Below are positions 1 through 8,969 of a stretch of DNA of 54,565 bases, in pieces. The notes below the pieces were generated by a model that had not been told where the DNA came from, made no database searches, and saw only the letters and a list, made by a program, of their open reading frames with translations. Made by a program: the position numbers and the translations under genes. The stretch comes from a virus (Duplodnaviria > Caudoviricetes): positions 1 through 54,565 of the IMG/VR virus record IMGVR_UViG_3300010388_000206, one strand, 5' to 3'. Positions within the stretch are counted from its first letter, which is position 1. Every line of letters starts with the position of its first letter.

Positions 1-10
1 GGAAACGATA

Positions 11-247
11 ATGAACCTTGAACTTGAAGCCTATGAAGGTGAGCTTAGAGAGCTTAGGAAACTTAAATCTCTTATCAAGCACGAACTTCTTGCAGAAAAA
101 ATGGGTGGTATCTATTTCATTTGCGGTGAAGGTGGTGTAAAGGATTTGAATGATCTACCAGAATCAATCCACGTCTGCCCTGCGTATGGTGTAGATTGGT
201 TTCAGGTATATAAGAAGACTGATGTTATTAGTGGACCGGAGTGGTAA
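11..247 (+). CDS. hypothetical phage protein
   Basis: 78-aa ORF, tightly packed with the next gene. Confidence 0.75.
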   Translation: MNLELEAYEGELRELRKLKSLIKHELLAEKMGGIYFICGEGGVKDLNDLPESIHVCPAYGVDWFQVYKKTDVISGPEW

Positions 248-248
248 T

Positions 249-494
249 ATGAATTTACATATTGATGATATTCTTGCTGACAAGATCACTGTAGAAAACA
301 TTTTGAATATGCTTCACAGTAATCGTAAACTGGCTGATAAACTTTTGGCAAAGGACTCACTTGAAGCTTTTGAGGCTTGTAATTTGGCTAATAACCTTAA
401 ATTAATCAAACACTTTGAAGCCGTCTTATCATTTTTTATGTCTTCAGATGACTATGAATTGCGTGTCGGTAAGAAGAGTGGACAGGAGCAGTAA
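249..494 (+). CDS. hypothetical phage protein
   Basis: ATG at 249 just after the upstream stop is preferred to the 222 start. Confidence 0.7.
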   Translation: MNLHIDDILADKITVENILNMLHSNRKLADKLLAKDSLEAFEACNLANNLKLIKHFEAVLSFFMSSDDYELRVGKKSGQEQ

Positions 495-496
495 TT

Positions 497-760
497 ATGC
501 CTAAGTATCTTGTTGAAACATTGTCTATCTATCGTATGAGGTATGTCGTTGAAGCTGATGAAGCTACACATGCTACCGATGAAGTAGTTATGAACAATAT
601 AGACGATGAATTCTCACAGAAGCATCTTGATGAGATTGTATCTTCTGTGCGTGAAATCGATGATAAAGAGTATCTTCGATTGTTTAATGAAGACAATGAT
701 TATCTCATGTCATGGAATGACGAGCAAAAGTTCAAGTTTATTCATAGGATTGAATACTGA
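497..760 (+). CDS. hypothetical phage protein (acidic)
   Basis: 87-aa ORF with AGGAG RBS upstream. Confidence 0.8.
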   Translation: MPKYLVETLSIYRMRYVVEADEATHATDEVVMNNIDDEFSQKHLDEIVSSVREIDDKEYLRLFNEDNDYLMSWNDEQKFKFIHRIEY

Positions 761-972
761 TGGGACACTATGCTAGTGAAATCGGCTATTATGACGATGA
801 ACAAAAACAGCTTCGTATCAAAAAGAAAAAGTACGAAGAGAACTTGAGGTTCTGGCAATCCATTGCTGGCGTTGGTTATATTACTGGCGGTCCAGTTGAA
901 CAGCACTGGAAAGCAATTCTTGATTGGTATAAAGCAGAGCTTTACGATTTGAGGTTTATCGAAGATGAATGA
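760..972 (+). CDS. hypothetical phage protein
   Basis: TGATG stop/start coupling. Confidence 0.7.
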   Translation: MGHYASEIGYYDDEQKQLRIKKKKYEENLRFWQSIAGVGYITGGPVEQHWKAILDWYKAELYDLRFIEDE

Positions 973-1141
973 TTTTTTTGACGAAGCAATGACTATGATT
1001 GCATATGGCTTCAGGTATATGGTACAAGAAGGTGCTTCGCCTGAAGACATGCAGACAACTGCACTGGCTATGTCACGTGCAATTTCACAGTTTTCTTCTG
1101 AATGTCTCAGTGAAGATTCACTAGGCAAGGAAGTGGCGTGA
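965..1141 (+). CDS. small hypothetical protein (58 aa, MNDFFDEAMTMIAYGFRY...)
   Basis: Read from sequence, below the ORF-track cutoff; fills the gap and overlaps both neighbours. Confidence 0.65.
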   Translation: MNDFFDEAMTMIAYGFRYMVQEGASPEDMQTTALAMSRAISQFSSECLSEDSLGKEVA

Positions 1142-1332
1142 GAACCATATTCAGACTAATTATTTGTTTATTGATGGCAATCTTCATAAATGAAGCTATC
1201 ATGATCGGTCTTTACGATCAATTGCCAAACAATGATACGATTATTTTTTCTTTACTTCTGAGCAGTTTTTTGCTATTTGGAAGTCTGATCAAATCGATCA
1301 TCATCGAACATATAACAAGGATAGAAAAATGA
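1138..1332 (+). CDS. small membrane protein (2 TM)
   Basis: Two hydrophobic segments; GTGA overlap; AAGGA RBS. Confidence 0.7.
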   Translation: MRTIFRLIICLLMAIFINEAIMIGLYDQLPNNDTIIFSLLLSSFLLFGSLIKSIIIEHITRIEK

Positions 1333-1748
1333 CCGATTGGAATAAGCGTTTCCTTGATCTATGTGAGCACGTTGCCACGTGGTCTAAAGACCCTAGCACT
1401 AAGCTAGGCTCTGTTATCGTGGACGACAAGAAGCGTATTGTTTCTGTTGGCTACAATGGCTTTCCTCGTGGTGTGGATGATCGCCATGAACGCTATGATG
1501 ATCGCCCAACAAAGTATCTATTTGTTGCTCATGCAGAGCGAAATGCTCTTGACAATGCTCCCATGATGGTAGATAACTGTACTATGTACGTAACTCTAGA
1601 GCCGTGCGTAGAATGCGCCAAGTCAATCATCCAGAAGGGTATTACAAGGGTCGTGACATACCGTCCAAAAAGAGAGGATACTTTTAATTGGGATATAAGT
1701 AGGCAGATGTTTAAAGAATCTGGTGTGGAACTAATCTATGTGGATTAG
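1329..1748 (+). CDS. cd: dCMP deaminase
   Basis: SKDPSTK, GYNGFPRG, HAE and PCVEC zinc motifs. Confidence 0.95.
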   Translation: MTDWNKRFLDLCEHVATWSKDPSTKLGSVIVDDKKRIVSVGYNGFPRGVDDRHERYDDRPTKYLFVAHAERNALDNAPMMVDNCTMYVTLEPCVECAKSIIQKGITRVVTYRPKREDTFNWDISRQMFKESGVELIYVD

Positions 1749-2355
1749 ATTTACAATTATCAAAGTGCCATCTTTTCATTGAACTCCATGATCCATGTTT
1801 ATTAGATGAAACATCGCAATGAGGACATTGAATTGTAGGATATTCTTTGGTCATATTGTATTTTCCACGTTTTTTTCCAGTCATCAATTCTGATAATTTT
1901 CTTCTTTCATCAGGATTTTCATATCGAAGTTTGGCATTCTCACTTCTTTTTTTCTTCAATTCATCAGAGGTTGTTTTTGGTGATATAGTGTTATTTTTCA
2001 TGAACTGAGATTGATTTGATTTTCTTTCTGGTGTCCATGACTTTTTAGCAGCCTCACTTTTTTTATGCCCCTTAGTATTGCTAAAAGTTGATGGGGGTTT
2101 GCCTCCGCCAGTTGCTTCATTCCAACCAATGTTATCAGATGGTCTTAATTGATGTTCTTTTAATAGGCATTCTTCTTCTGATCCTTCGAAAATTATTTCG
2201 AAAGTTTCGATGTTGTATTTTCTAATGGCACTACCTACTTTATGTTTTGATTTTTTGTGTGTTTTAAATCTTTTTTCGGGGTTTTTTGAAATTCCTACAT
2301 AACCTTCTTGACTTATATCTGAGTGTGTGTTATCTCGTATCCAGTATAAAAACAT
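1711..2355 (-). CDS. GIY-YIG homing endonuclease with NUMOD3-like repeats and C-terminal Zn finger
   Basis: FLYWI...GYVGIS..PEKRFKTH, GWNEATGG, GHKKSE, CPHC...RWHFDNC; AT-rich; start at 2355 after AAAGG RBS. Confidence 0.85.
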   Translation of the reverse strand: MFLYWIRDNTHSDISQEGYVGISKNPEKRFKTHKKSKHKVGSAIRKYNIETFEIIFEGSEEECLLKEHQLRPSDNIGWNEATGGGKPPSTFSNTKGHKKSEAAKKSWTPERKSNQSQFMKNNTISPKTTSDELKKKRSENAKLRYENPDERRKLSELMTGKKRGKYNMTKEYPTIQCPHCDVSSNKHGSWSSMKRWHFDNCKSNPHRLVPHQIL

Positions 2356-2387
2356 TTTAGTACCTTTATCAATGAGTGTGCTAAATG

Positions 2388-2395
2388 TATTTATA
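2388..2395 (-). promoter_or_regulatory. T4-type late promoter TATAAATA
   Basis: TATTTATA on + strand, ~33 bp upstream of the endonuclease start. Confidence 0.75.
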
Positions 2396-2415
2396 TTTTT
2401 TGAATTTTGTGGAGA

Positions 2416-2628
2416 ATGAAAATGTTTAAAATTTTTAAGTTGATTTGGCAAAATTTGGCGTGGGGTGTTATCGCTTCATTTTTTGGTTCTGCCTTATCTT
2501 TGGTAGTATCAGGCGAACATGTCGGCAATGCAGTTTTTTGGGTAAACGTTGTTCTTATCTGGATTGTATTTACGATCATTGATCTTGTCAAGATGATCAT
2601 CGAAAGGAAGAAGAATAATGGCAATTGA
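2416..2628 (+). CDS. small membrane protein
   Basis: Two TM segments; GGAG RBS. Confidence 0.7.
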   Translation: MKMFKIFKLIWQNLAWGVIASFFGSALSLVVSGEHVGNAVFWVNVVLIWIVFTIIDLVKMIIERKKNNGN

Positions 2629-2854
2629 AGATAAAGAATTGTTCAAGGAAACAATTAAGGATATCATGATCCCTGTATCAGTTGGTGTAGGGTATTTGAT
2701 CCTAACTGTATTGCTATCAATGCTGTGGCTACCCTCCACGTTTATTATGGCAGTGTTTGGATTTGGTATGGTTATCAGTTTCATCACCTATAAGGAACGT
2801 CTCGCACAGAAAAAGCGTGATGAACGTGATAAGGCTCGTGGTCTTCGCTACTAA
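2618..2854 (+). CDS. small membrane protein
   Basis: Hydrophobic core and basic C-terminus. Confidence 0.75.
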   Translation: MAIEDKELFKETIKDIMIPVSVGVGYLILTVLLSMLWLPSTFIMAVFGFGMVISFITYKERLAQKKRDERDKARGLRY

Positions 2855-2859
2855 ATAGA

Positions 2860-2987
2860 ATGAGCCACTGCCTATCGGCTGTTGGTCTATCAAGGCTTTC
2901 ATGGCTGTGCCAGCGTAGCATAACAACCATGACCTTACGCCTAATGGGTAAGGATTTTTAAAACTCGCTTATAATAGGAGAAAAAAT
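2860..2987 (+). promoter_or_regulatory. structured 5' UTR, ROSE-like RNA thermometer candidate
   Basis: Several hairpins, then CTCGCT-tataat-AGGAG pairing over the SD with a bulged G, directly upstream of Hsp20. Confidence 0.55.
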
Positions 2988-3464
2988 ATGAATGATATCT
3001 CAAAGAAGTTCAATGAAGCTTTTAAAATTGACGCATTTTTTGTTGGCTTTGAGCCTATCGTAAAGAAGTTAGCTGAGAACGCAGAGCAAGCAGTAAAGTT
3101 TGCATCAAAGTATCCCCCATACAACATCATGAAGATTGATGAAAACAAGTACACCATTGAGATGGCTGTTGCTGGATTTTCCAAGCAAGACATTGAAGTT
3201 GAACTTGCTGGAAGTAATCTTATCATCAAGGGTAATGTCAAGCAGGGACAACTTGCTGAGAAGGATACCAAGGGTGAATGGACTTGGCCAGCATTTATTC
3301 ATCAGGGACTTGCAATGCGCCCCTTCACACGTCAATTCACACTCGCTGATAACGTAGAAATTAAGAACGCTGAACTAATGAACGGTATTCTTAAGGTCGT
3401 TCTGGAAGCAATCATCCCAGAGGAAAAAAAGCCTGTGAAGATTGAAATTAAAGAAAAGGTATAA
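2988..3464 (+). CDS. hsp20: small heat shock protein Hsp20 (IbpA/B-like)
   Basis: YPPYNI, IEMAVAGF, HQGLAMRPFTRQFTLAD, NGIL alpha-crystallin motifs. Confidence 0.95.
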   Translation: MNDISKKFNEAFKIDAFFVGFEPIVKKLAENAEQAVKFASKYPPYNIMKIDENKYTIEMAVAGFSKQDIEVELAGSNLIIKGNVKQGQLAEKDTKGEWTWPAFIHQGLAMRPFTRQFTLADNVEIKNAELMNGILKVVLEAIIPEEKKPVKIEIKEKV

Positions 3465-3467
3465 ACC

Positions 3468-3584
3468 ATGTCATTTTTAGATGAAGTGAAACAAACACCA
3501 ACTGAAGTGATTGTGTCTAGAACATTCGGTACAGCTATTGCAAGCTGTGTTCTTGCTTTAATTTTTGCTATGTTGTTTATTTAA
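3468..3584 (+). CDS. 38-aa membrane peptide
   Basis: Read from sequence; single TM; TAATG coupling to the next gene. Confidence 0.55.
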   Translation: MSFLDEVKQTPTEVIVSRTFGTAIASCVLALIFAMLFI

Positions 3585-3943
3585 TGAAGAGAATCCTCTG
3601 GTACAGTCTAGGAATGTTATCGCTAGCGATGGCGTACATTGGCTTCATTGTGCCGGGGATACCCTTCAGCATCTTTCTGGTCTTTGCTGCTTATTGCTTC
3701 GCAAAGTCTTCAAAGAAGATGCACGATTGGTTATACAATCATAAGTGGTTTGGGGAGTTTTTGACTAACTGGACCAATCATAGAGTGTTTCCGTTGAAAG
3801 CAAAGTACATGATGGTGGCGGTTATGTCATCATCACTTGCAATCATGTGGTTTACCACTGGAAACCTCAAAGCAATACTCTGGACGGGTATCACCATGCT
3901 TGCCGTAGCAATATGGACATGGAGATACCCGTCTTCGTTATAA
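3584..3943 (+). CDS. YbaN/DUF454 family inner membrane protein
   Basis: IGFIVPGIP...FAAYCFAKSSKKMHDWLYNHKWFG signature. Confidence 0.85.
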   Translation: MKRILWYSLGMLSLAMAYIGFIVPGIPFSIFLVFAAYCFAKSSKKMHDWLYNHKWFGEFLTNWTNHRVFPLKAKYMMVAVMSSSLAIMWFTTGNLKAILWTGITMLAVAIWTWRYPSSL

Positions 3944-3944
3944 G

Positions 3945-4403
3945 TTAACCGACAGTAAGTTCGAAATGTGGACCGTCAATAAATGGACGCTTGCCTTGAC
4001 TGCGACGAGTATCAACATAGTGATTCATCGCATCTTCCATGGTACCTTTCCACTGTGTAATATCTTTAATATTCCAAGCTGCACCCCATGTCAATGACAC
4101 ACCCTGCTCTTTTGCAGCTTGCTTCATAGCATCAGCAATATCGTCGTACAGGTTAAGTTCCCAAGAAATGTTTTTTCCGACATATGCCACAAGATCAACA
4201 GCATCGCCTGTGATATGCTTGCTGTTCATTGTCTGAGACTTACCCGCAGCCACGAATTTCTTTTGTGCAGCGGCAGTTCTGAGTCCTTCTGTCACGGCAA
4301 AATCAACCTTACTAATTTCAATAGCACGTTTCACTACACTTACTAGTTTTGGATCGACTCCTTCGAGTCTCTTTAATGATCTTGCAGATAATTTAAAAGC
4401 CAT
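3945..4403 (-). CDS. endolysin, peptidase M15 (L-Ala-D-Glu peptidase-like)
   Basis: LSARSLKRLEGV, EGLRT, SKHITGDAVD, WGAAW, DGPHFEL. Confidence 0.9.
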   Translation of the reverse strand: MAFKLSARSLKRLEGVDPKLVSVVKRAIEISKVDFAVTEGLRTAAAQKKFVAAGKSQTMNSKHITGDAVDLVAYVGKNISWELNLYDDIADAMKQAAKEQGVSLTWGAAWNIKDITQWKGTMEDAMNHYVDTRRSQGKRPFIDGPHFELTVG

Positions 4404-4471
4404 AATATTCTCCTTGACTTCATTGTTGATATGAGATACGCATTATGTTGGAATAAATTGTTCCAGTACTT

Positions 4472-4479
4472 TATTTATT
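4472..4479 (-). promoter_or_regulatory. late promoter variant AATAAATA for the endolysin
   Basis: TATTTATT on + strand ~70 bp upstream of the endolysin start. Confidence 0.5.
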
Positions 4480-4494
4480 AAAATTGGAGATTAT

Positions 4495-6072
4495 ATGCAT
4501 TGCATAGACTGTAACTCTGACAACCTGAAGAAGCTTGGTATGCGCTTCATGGGCAAAGAGAAAGGCTTAGGCTATAAGTGTTTAGACTGCGAAAATACTT
4601 TCGTTGTCCCTACAACCACAAATGATGTTGGTGAGGAAGAAGAAGACTTCGTTCTCAACGATGATTTGCTTTATGTTCGTGATGATGACTTTATCAATGA
4701 CCTTCTAAAGTCAAAGGTATTTGTATTCACATGTGCTGTAAATAACACAGAAGTAAACGATAAGTTTTTACGTTCGCTTCAAGGTTATTGCACCTCACGT
4801 GATGCACGTCTTGTGATCTTTCCGATTCGCTATCGTAACCCATCAATGATTCATACAAGTGATGAAGTCGATTATCCTGCCAGTATTGTTCCATATCTTG
4901 TGGAAAACAATCTTGAGTTGCTACCAAATGTTCGTGCTCTTGGTGGTCTGAAGACACAGGCAACGACAGAAAACCCACTAACGGGTGTTGACGGTATGTC
5001 AAAGGGTGCATCACTCATTATTGGGCATCCACAGGTCGCATTGAAGACCCTTCCACGTAATGCAGACAAGTATCCTGCGATTGTCACCACTACTGGTGCC
5101 ATCACTGAAAAGCATTACAGTACAACAAAGATGGGATACAAGGCTGCATTCAATCATTCAATGTCTGCTGCTGTTGTTGAAATTGATAATGACGGTGACT
5201 TCTTCATTCGTCACCTCAATTTTGACGGTGAAGGCTTCTATGACGTTAATGGTTATTACACTAGTAACAGTGTGTCACTTGGCCATAAGAAAACGCTAGG
5301 TCTTGTAACTGGTGATGAACATGCTATCTTCTCTGATGAAAGCGTCATCGCTGCTACATACTTTGCACAGGATTCGATTGTTGCAACTCTGAAGCCAGAG
5401 AAGCTTGTACGTCACGATATCCTTGATTCGTATGCAATCAGCCATCATCACAAGAAGAGCTTTTTCACGATGTATGAGAAGCATCATTCACCAGATAAAC
5501 GTGGATCGATGCGTAAGGAAATGCTTGAAACTATTGACTTTATTGACAGATCAACTCCAAAGAATACTGTCAATATCGTAGTGGCTGCTAACCATAACGA
5601 TCATTTATATCGTTGGTTGGATTCGGTAAATCCTGATGTTGACTATGAAAATGCCTTGCTATTCCACGAGCTAAGGTATAAGATGTTGCTTGCAAGAGAA
5701 GATTCGGGTGAAATTCCTGAACCATTTGAATTGTTTGCGGCGGATAAGCTCAAGAGCAATAATATTTTCCTTGGTCGTGACGGATCATACAAGATTGCAG
5801 ATATTGAAATCTCCAATCATGGTGACGTTGGCGTTCATGGATCACGTGGTTCATCGAAGCAATTCTCTAACCTACCAGTGAAGACAATTACTGGACACTC
5901 ACATTCCCCTGTCATTGACAAGGGCAACTACACGGTTGGCACGACAAGCCTTCTTCGCCTTGAATATAACAAGGGACTAAGTGCTTGGCATCATGCTCAC
6001 GTTGTGGTATATCCAAATGGTAAGCGCCAGATGATCTTCATCGTGAACGGTAAGTGGCGCAAATCAGTTTAA
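4495..6072 (+). CDS. calcineurin-like metallophosphoesterase/nuclease resembling T5 A1, with N-terminal Zn ribbon
   Basis: GDEH, HD, NHNDH, HGD, GHSH motifs; CxxC...CxxC N-terminus followed by an acidic linker. Confidence 0.7.
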   Translation: MHCIDCNSDNLKKLGMRFMGKEKGLGYKCLDCENTFVVPTTTNDVGEEEEDFVLNDDLLYVRDDDFINDLLKSKVFVFTCAVNNTEVNDKFLRSLQGYCTSRDARLVIFPIRYRNPSMIHTSDEVDYPASIVPYLVENNLELLPNVRALGGLKTQATTENPLTGVDGMSKGASLIIGHPQVALKTLPRNADKYPAIVTTTGAITEKHYSTTKMGYKAAFNHSMSAAVVEIDNDGDFFIRHLNFDGEGFYDVNGYYTSNSVSLGHKKTLGLVTGDEHAIFSDESVIAATYFAQDSIVATLKPEKLVRHDILDSYAISHHHKKSFFTMYEKHHSPDKRGSMRKEMLETIDFIDRSTPKNTVNIVVAANHNDHLYRWLDSVNPDVDYENALLFHELRYKMLLAREDSGEIPEPFELFAADKLKSNNIFLGRDGSYKIADIEISNHGDVGVHGSRGSSKQFSNLPVKTITGHSHSPVIDKGNYTVGTTSLLRLEYNKGLSAWHHAHVVVYPNGKRQMIFIVNGKWRKSV

Positions 6073-6087
6073 TCCAAAGGGAGTTTC

Positions 6088-8640
6088 ATGAAGTTTTACA
6101 CTAGTGCATATTCGACTAAGAACAATATTCTTGTTCGTGGTATTAAGGATGGTAAGCCTTTTGCAGAAAAGGTGAAGTATAAGCCATACCTTTTTGTCAA
6201 CTCAAATACAGAAGAGTACACAAAGTATAAGGACGTTCATGGAACTCCCGTCCACCGCATGGATTTTGATTCCATGTCGGATGCACGTGAATTTGCTAAG
6301 ACTTATTCTGATGTAGATAACATGACCGTGTATGGTATGACAAAGTTCACCTACACGTATCTTAATGACGAATACCGCACAATCGACTATGATCCATCAC
6401 AGATTTCTGTGGTTGGTCTCGATATCGAAACTTCCAAGAAGGAAAGTGGTGGATTTGCGTCTGCTGAAGTTGCTGATGCTCCTATTACTGCCATTACCAT
6501 TTCTCGTAATGGCTTCAAGGCATCATTCGGCTACAAAGACTATGTAGAGCACAAAGAAAACATCAAGTACTATCGATGTGCTAATGAAGAAGCAATGTTG
6601 CGTTGCTTCCTCTCTGTATGGAATAGCTCTGACTTCTCCCCTGAAGTTGTGACAGGATGGAACATCGAATTCTACGATATTCCTTTCCTTGTCAATCGTC
6701 TTGAGCGTGTGCTTGGTGAAGGTGCTTCAAAGAAGCTATCGCCATGGGGGCTGGTGAAGCCTTATGAGCAAGAAATCATGGGTAGGGTTAACAAGAGCTA
6801 CGAGATTGTAGGCATTGCTAATCTAGACTACATGCAGGTGTACAAGAAGTTCATTCTTTCGCCACGTGAATCTTATGCCCTAGATTATATCTGTGAGCTT
6901 GAGCTTGGCGTGAACAAGCTTGACTATTCTAAGTATGGATCACTGCATGATCTATATGAACAGAACTTTCAGCTATACATGGAATACAACATCCATGACG
7001 TTGACCTGATCGATCAACTTGAAGCCAAGCTTAAGCTGATTGAAATGGTGTTCGCCATTGCATATGATGCTAAGGTAAACTTCGAAGATGCATTGACTTC
7101 AGTGCTCTTGTGGGATGTTATCATTCATAACTATCTGTTGTCGTTCAACACTGTTGTGAAGCCACAGGAAACAAACGTACCAGAGCATTCTATTGTTGGT
7201 GGATATGTCAAAGACCCACACGTTGGTCTAACCAAGTGGCCAGTGTCTTTCGACCTTACATCACTGTATCCACACCTTATCATGCAGTATGGTATTGGTC
7301 CAGAAAACCTTGTCAAGCGTATGGAATTCAGTATTGACGAATTCCTTGCGATCTATGACGCTGGTTTTCTAAACACTACTGATGAACTATTGAGGAATAC
7401 TCAAACGTTCAAATCGTTGTCATATGCCCATGAACATAACCTGTCACTGACTGCCAATGGTGCTCTGTACAGCCGTGAGAAGCAAAGCTTCCTTGGTGAG
7501 CTAATGAACCGTATGTTCATTGAGCGTAACGAGTACAAGGGCTTGATGATGGATGCTAAGAAGGAATATGCACAGACAAAGAAAGCTGAACTTCTTAACA
7601 CTATTTCGAAGTACAACAACCTACAGCAAACCCGTAAGGTTAACCTGAACTCTGCTTATGGTGCTTGTGCTAACAAGTACTTCCGCTGGTTTAGTACTGC
7701 TGTTGCTGAGTCGATCACAACGTCTGGTCAGCTATCGATTCGCTGGATTGAAATGAAGCTTAACCGCTATCTCAACAAGCTACTTGGTACCACTGATGTT
7801 GATTATGTTGTGGCAATCGATACCGACTCGGTGTACATTCGTCTTGACAGCATGGTTGACAAGTTCTTCCCTAATAAGGATACGAAGAAGACTGTTGCCA
7901 TGCTTGACAAGATTTGTCAGGAGAAGCTACAGCCATTCATTACTAAGTCGTATGAAGAGCTTGCAACCCTGATGAATGCACGTGAGAACAAGATGTTCAT
8001 GAAGCGTGAAAACATCGCTGATAAGGCTATCTGGATTGCTAAGAAGCGTTATATCATGAACGTGTATGATAGTGAAGGGGTTGCATATGACCCGCCTGAT
8101 CTTAAGATGATGGGTATTGAGGCGATTCGTTCTTCAACACCCGGCATCGTTCGTGCTGCGATTAAGAAGTCTCTTAATCTTATCATGAACGCTGATGAGG
8201 CATCACTACAGCAATACGTGATTGACTTCGAAAAGGAATTCTTTGCAAGTCCGTTTGAAGTGGTTGCTTTCCCTCGTGGTGTCAGCGATCTAGAAAAGTA
8301 TGCCGATAAGGACAAGGTATTTGGATTTAAAACACCTGTTCACGTAAAAGGTTCACTTTTTTTCAATCATCTGCTGAAAAAAATGAAGTTGGATGATAAA
8401 TATGAGAGGATTTCTAGTGGTGACAAGATCAAGTTCTGTTATCTCAAAGAGCCTAACATATATCGAACACCTGTAATTTCTTGTGGTGCAGTTGTACCAG
8501 AAGAGCTTGACTTGAAACGCCACATCGATTATCATACACAGTTCGAGAAGGCATACATATCTCCACTGTCAAACATTACTGATGCTATCGGTTGGCAGCT
8601 AGTCGATAGACCTTCTCTTATGGATTTCTTTGGGGATTGA
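6088..8640 (+). CDS. 43: family B DNA polymerase (T4 gp43-like)
   Basis: DIET exonuclease I, SFDLTSLYP, KVNLNSAYG, IDTDS, KKRY. Confidence 0.98.
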   Translation: MKFYTSAYSTKNNILVRGIKDGKPFAEKVKYKPYLFVNSNTEEYTKYKDVHGTPVHRMDFDSMSDAREFAKTYSDVDNMTVYGMTKFTYTYLNDEYRTIDYDPSQISVVGLDIETSKKESGGFASAEVADAPITAITISRNGFKASFGYKDYVEHKENIKYYRCANEEAMLRCFLSVWNSSDFSPEVVTGWNIEFYDIPFLVNRLERVLGEGASKKLSPWGLVKPYEQEIMGRVNKSYEIVGIANLDYMQVYKKFILSPRESYALDYICELELGVNKLDYSKYGSLHDLYEQNFQLYMEYNIHDVDLIDQLEAKLKLIEMVFAIAYDAKVNFEDALTSVLLWDVIIHNYLLSFNTVVKPQETNVPEHSIVGGYVKDPHVGLTKWPVSFDLTSLYPHLIMQYGIGPENLVKRMEFSIDEFLAIYDAGFLNTTDELLRNTQTFKSLSYAHEHNLSLTANGALYSREKQSFLGELMNRMFIERNEYKGLMMDAKKEYAQTKKAELLNTISKYNNLQQTRKVNLNSAYGACANKYFRWFSTAVAESITTSGQLSIRWIEMKLNRYLNKLLGTTDVDYVVAIDTDSVYIRLDSMVDKFFPNKDTKKTVAMLDKICQEKLQPFITKSYEELATLMNARENKMFMKRENIADKAIWIAKKRYIMNVYDSEGVAYDPPDLKMMGIEAIRSSTPGIVRAAIKKSLNLIMNADEASLQQYVIDFEKEFFASPFEVVAFPRGVSDLEKYADKDKVFGFKTPVHVKGSLFFNHLLKKMKLDDKYERISSGDKIKFCYLKEPNIYRTPVISCGAVVPEELDLKRHIDYHTQFEKAYISPLSNITDAIGWQLVDRPSLMDFFGD

Positions 8641-8644
8641 TATT

Positions 8645-8905
8645 ATGGATAATTTTGAAATAGAGGATGATGACTTTGGTTTCTCGTCAATCAGCGAGAA
8701 CGATTTCATCGCAAGAGAGAACAAGGCTGTAGCTAGTGCAGTTGAAGGTGCTCAATCTAAAGTTCAGCAGATGTATAATCTAATTCTACCTCTGCTTGAC
8801 AACTTGGCCAAGGATGGTGAAACGAATGCTTACATTCATTGGCCAAACCGTGGTGAGAAAATTGAGAAGTTTAAAGCAAAGCTTCTCAATATTATAAATG
8901 AATAA
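8645..8905 (+). CDS. hypothetical phage protein
   Basis: DDDFGFS...IHWPNR; lies between gp43 and uvsX. Confidence 0.75.
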   Translation: MDNFEIEDDDFGFSSISENDFIARENKAVASAVEGAQSKVQQMYNLILPLLDNLAKDGETNAYIHWPNRGEKIEKFKAKLLNIINE

Positions 8906-8937
8906 TACGAAAACATAAGCAAAACATCAGAACAATC

Positions 8938-8951
8938 ATCCCATATGGGAT
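8938..8951. repeat. perfect 14-bp palindrome ATCCCATATGGGAT upstream of uvsX
   Basis: Seen in sequence. Confidence 0.6.
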
Positions 8952-8969
8952 TTCTAGAGGAAAAAATAT

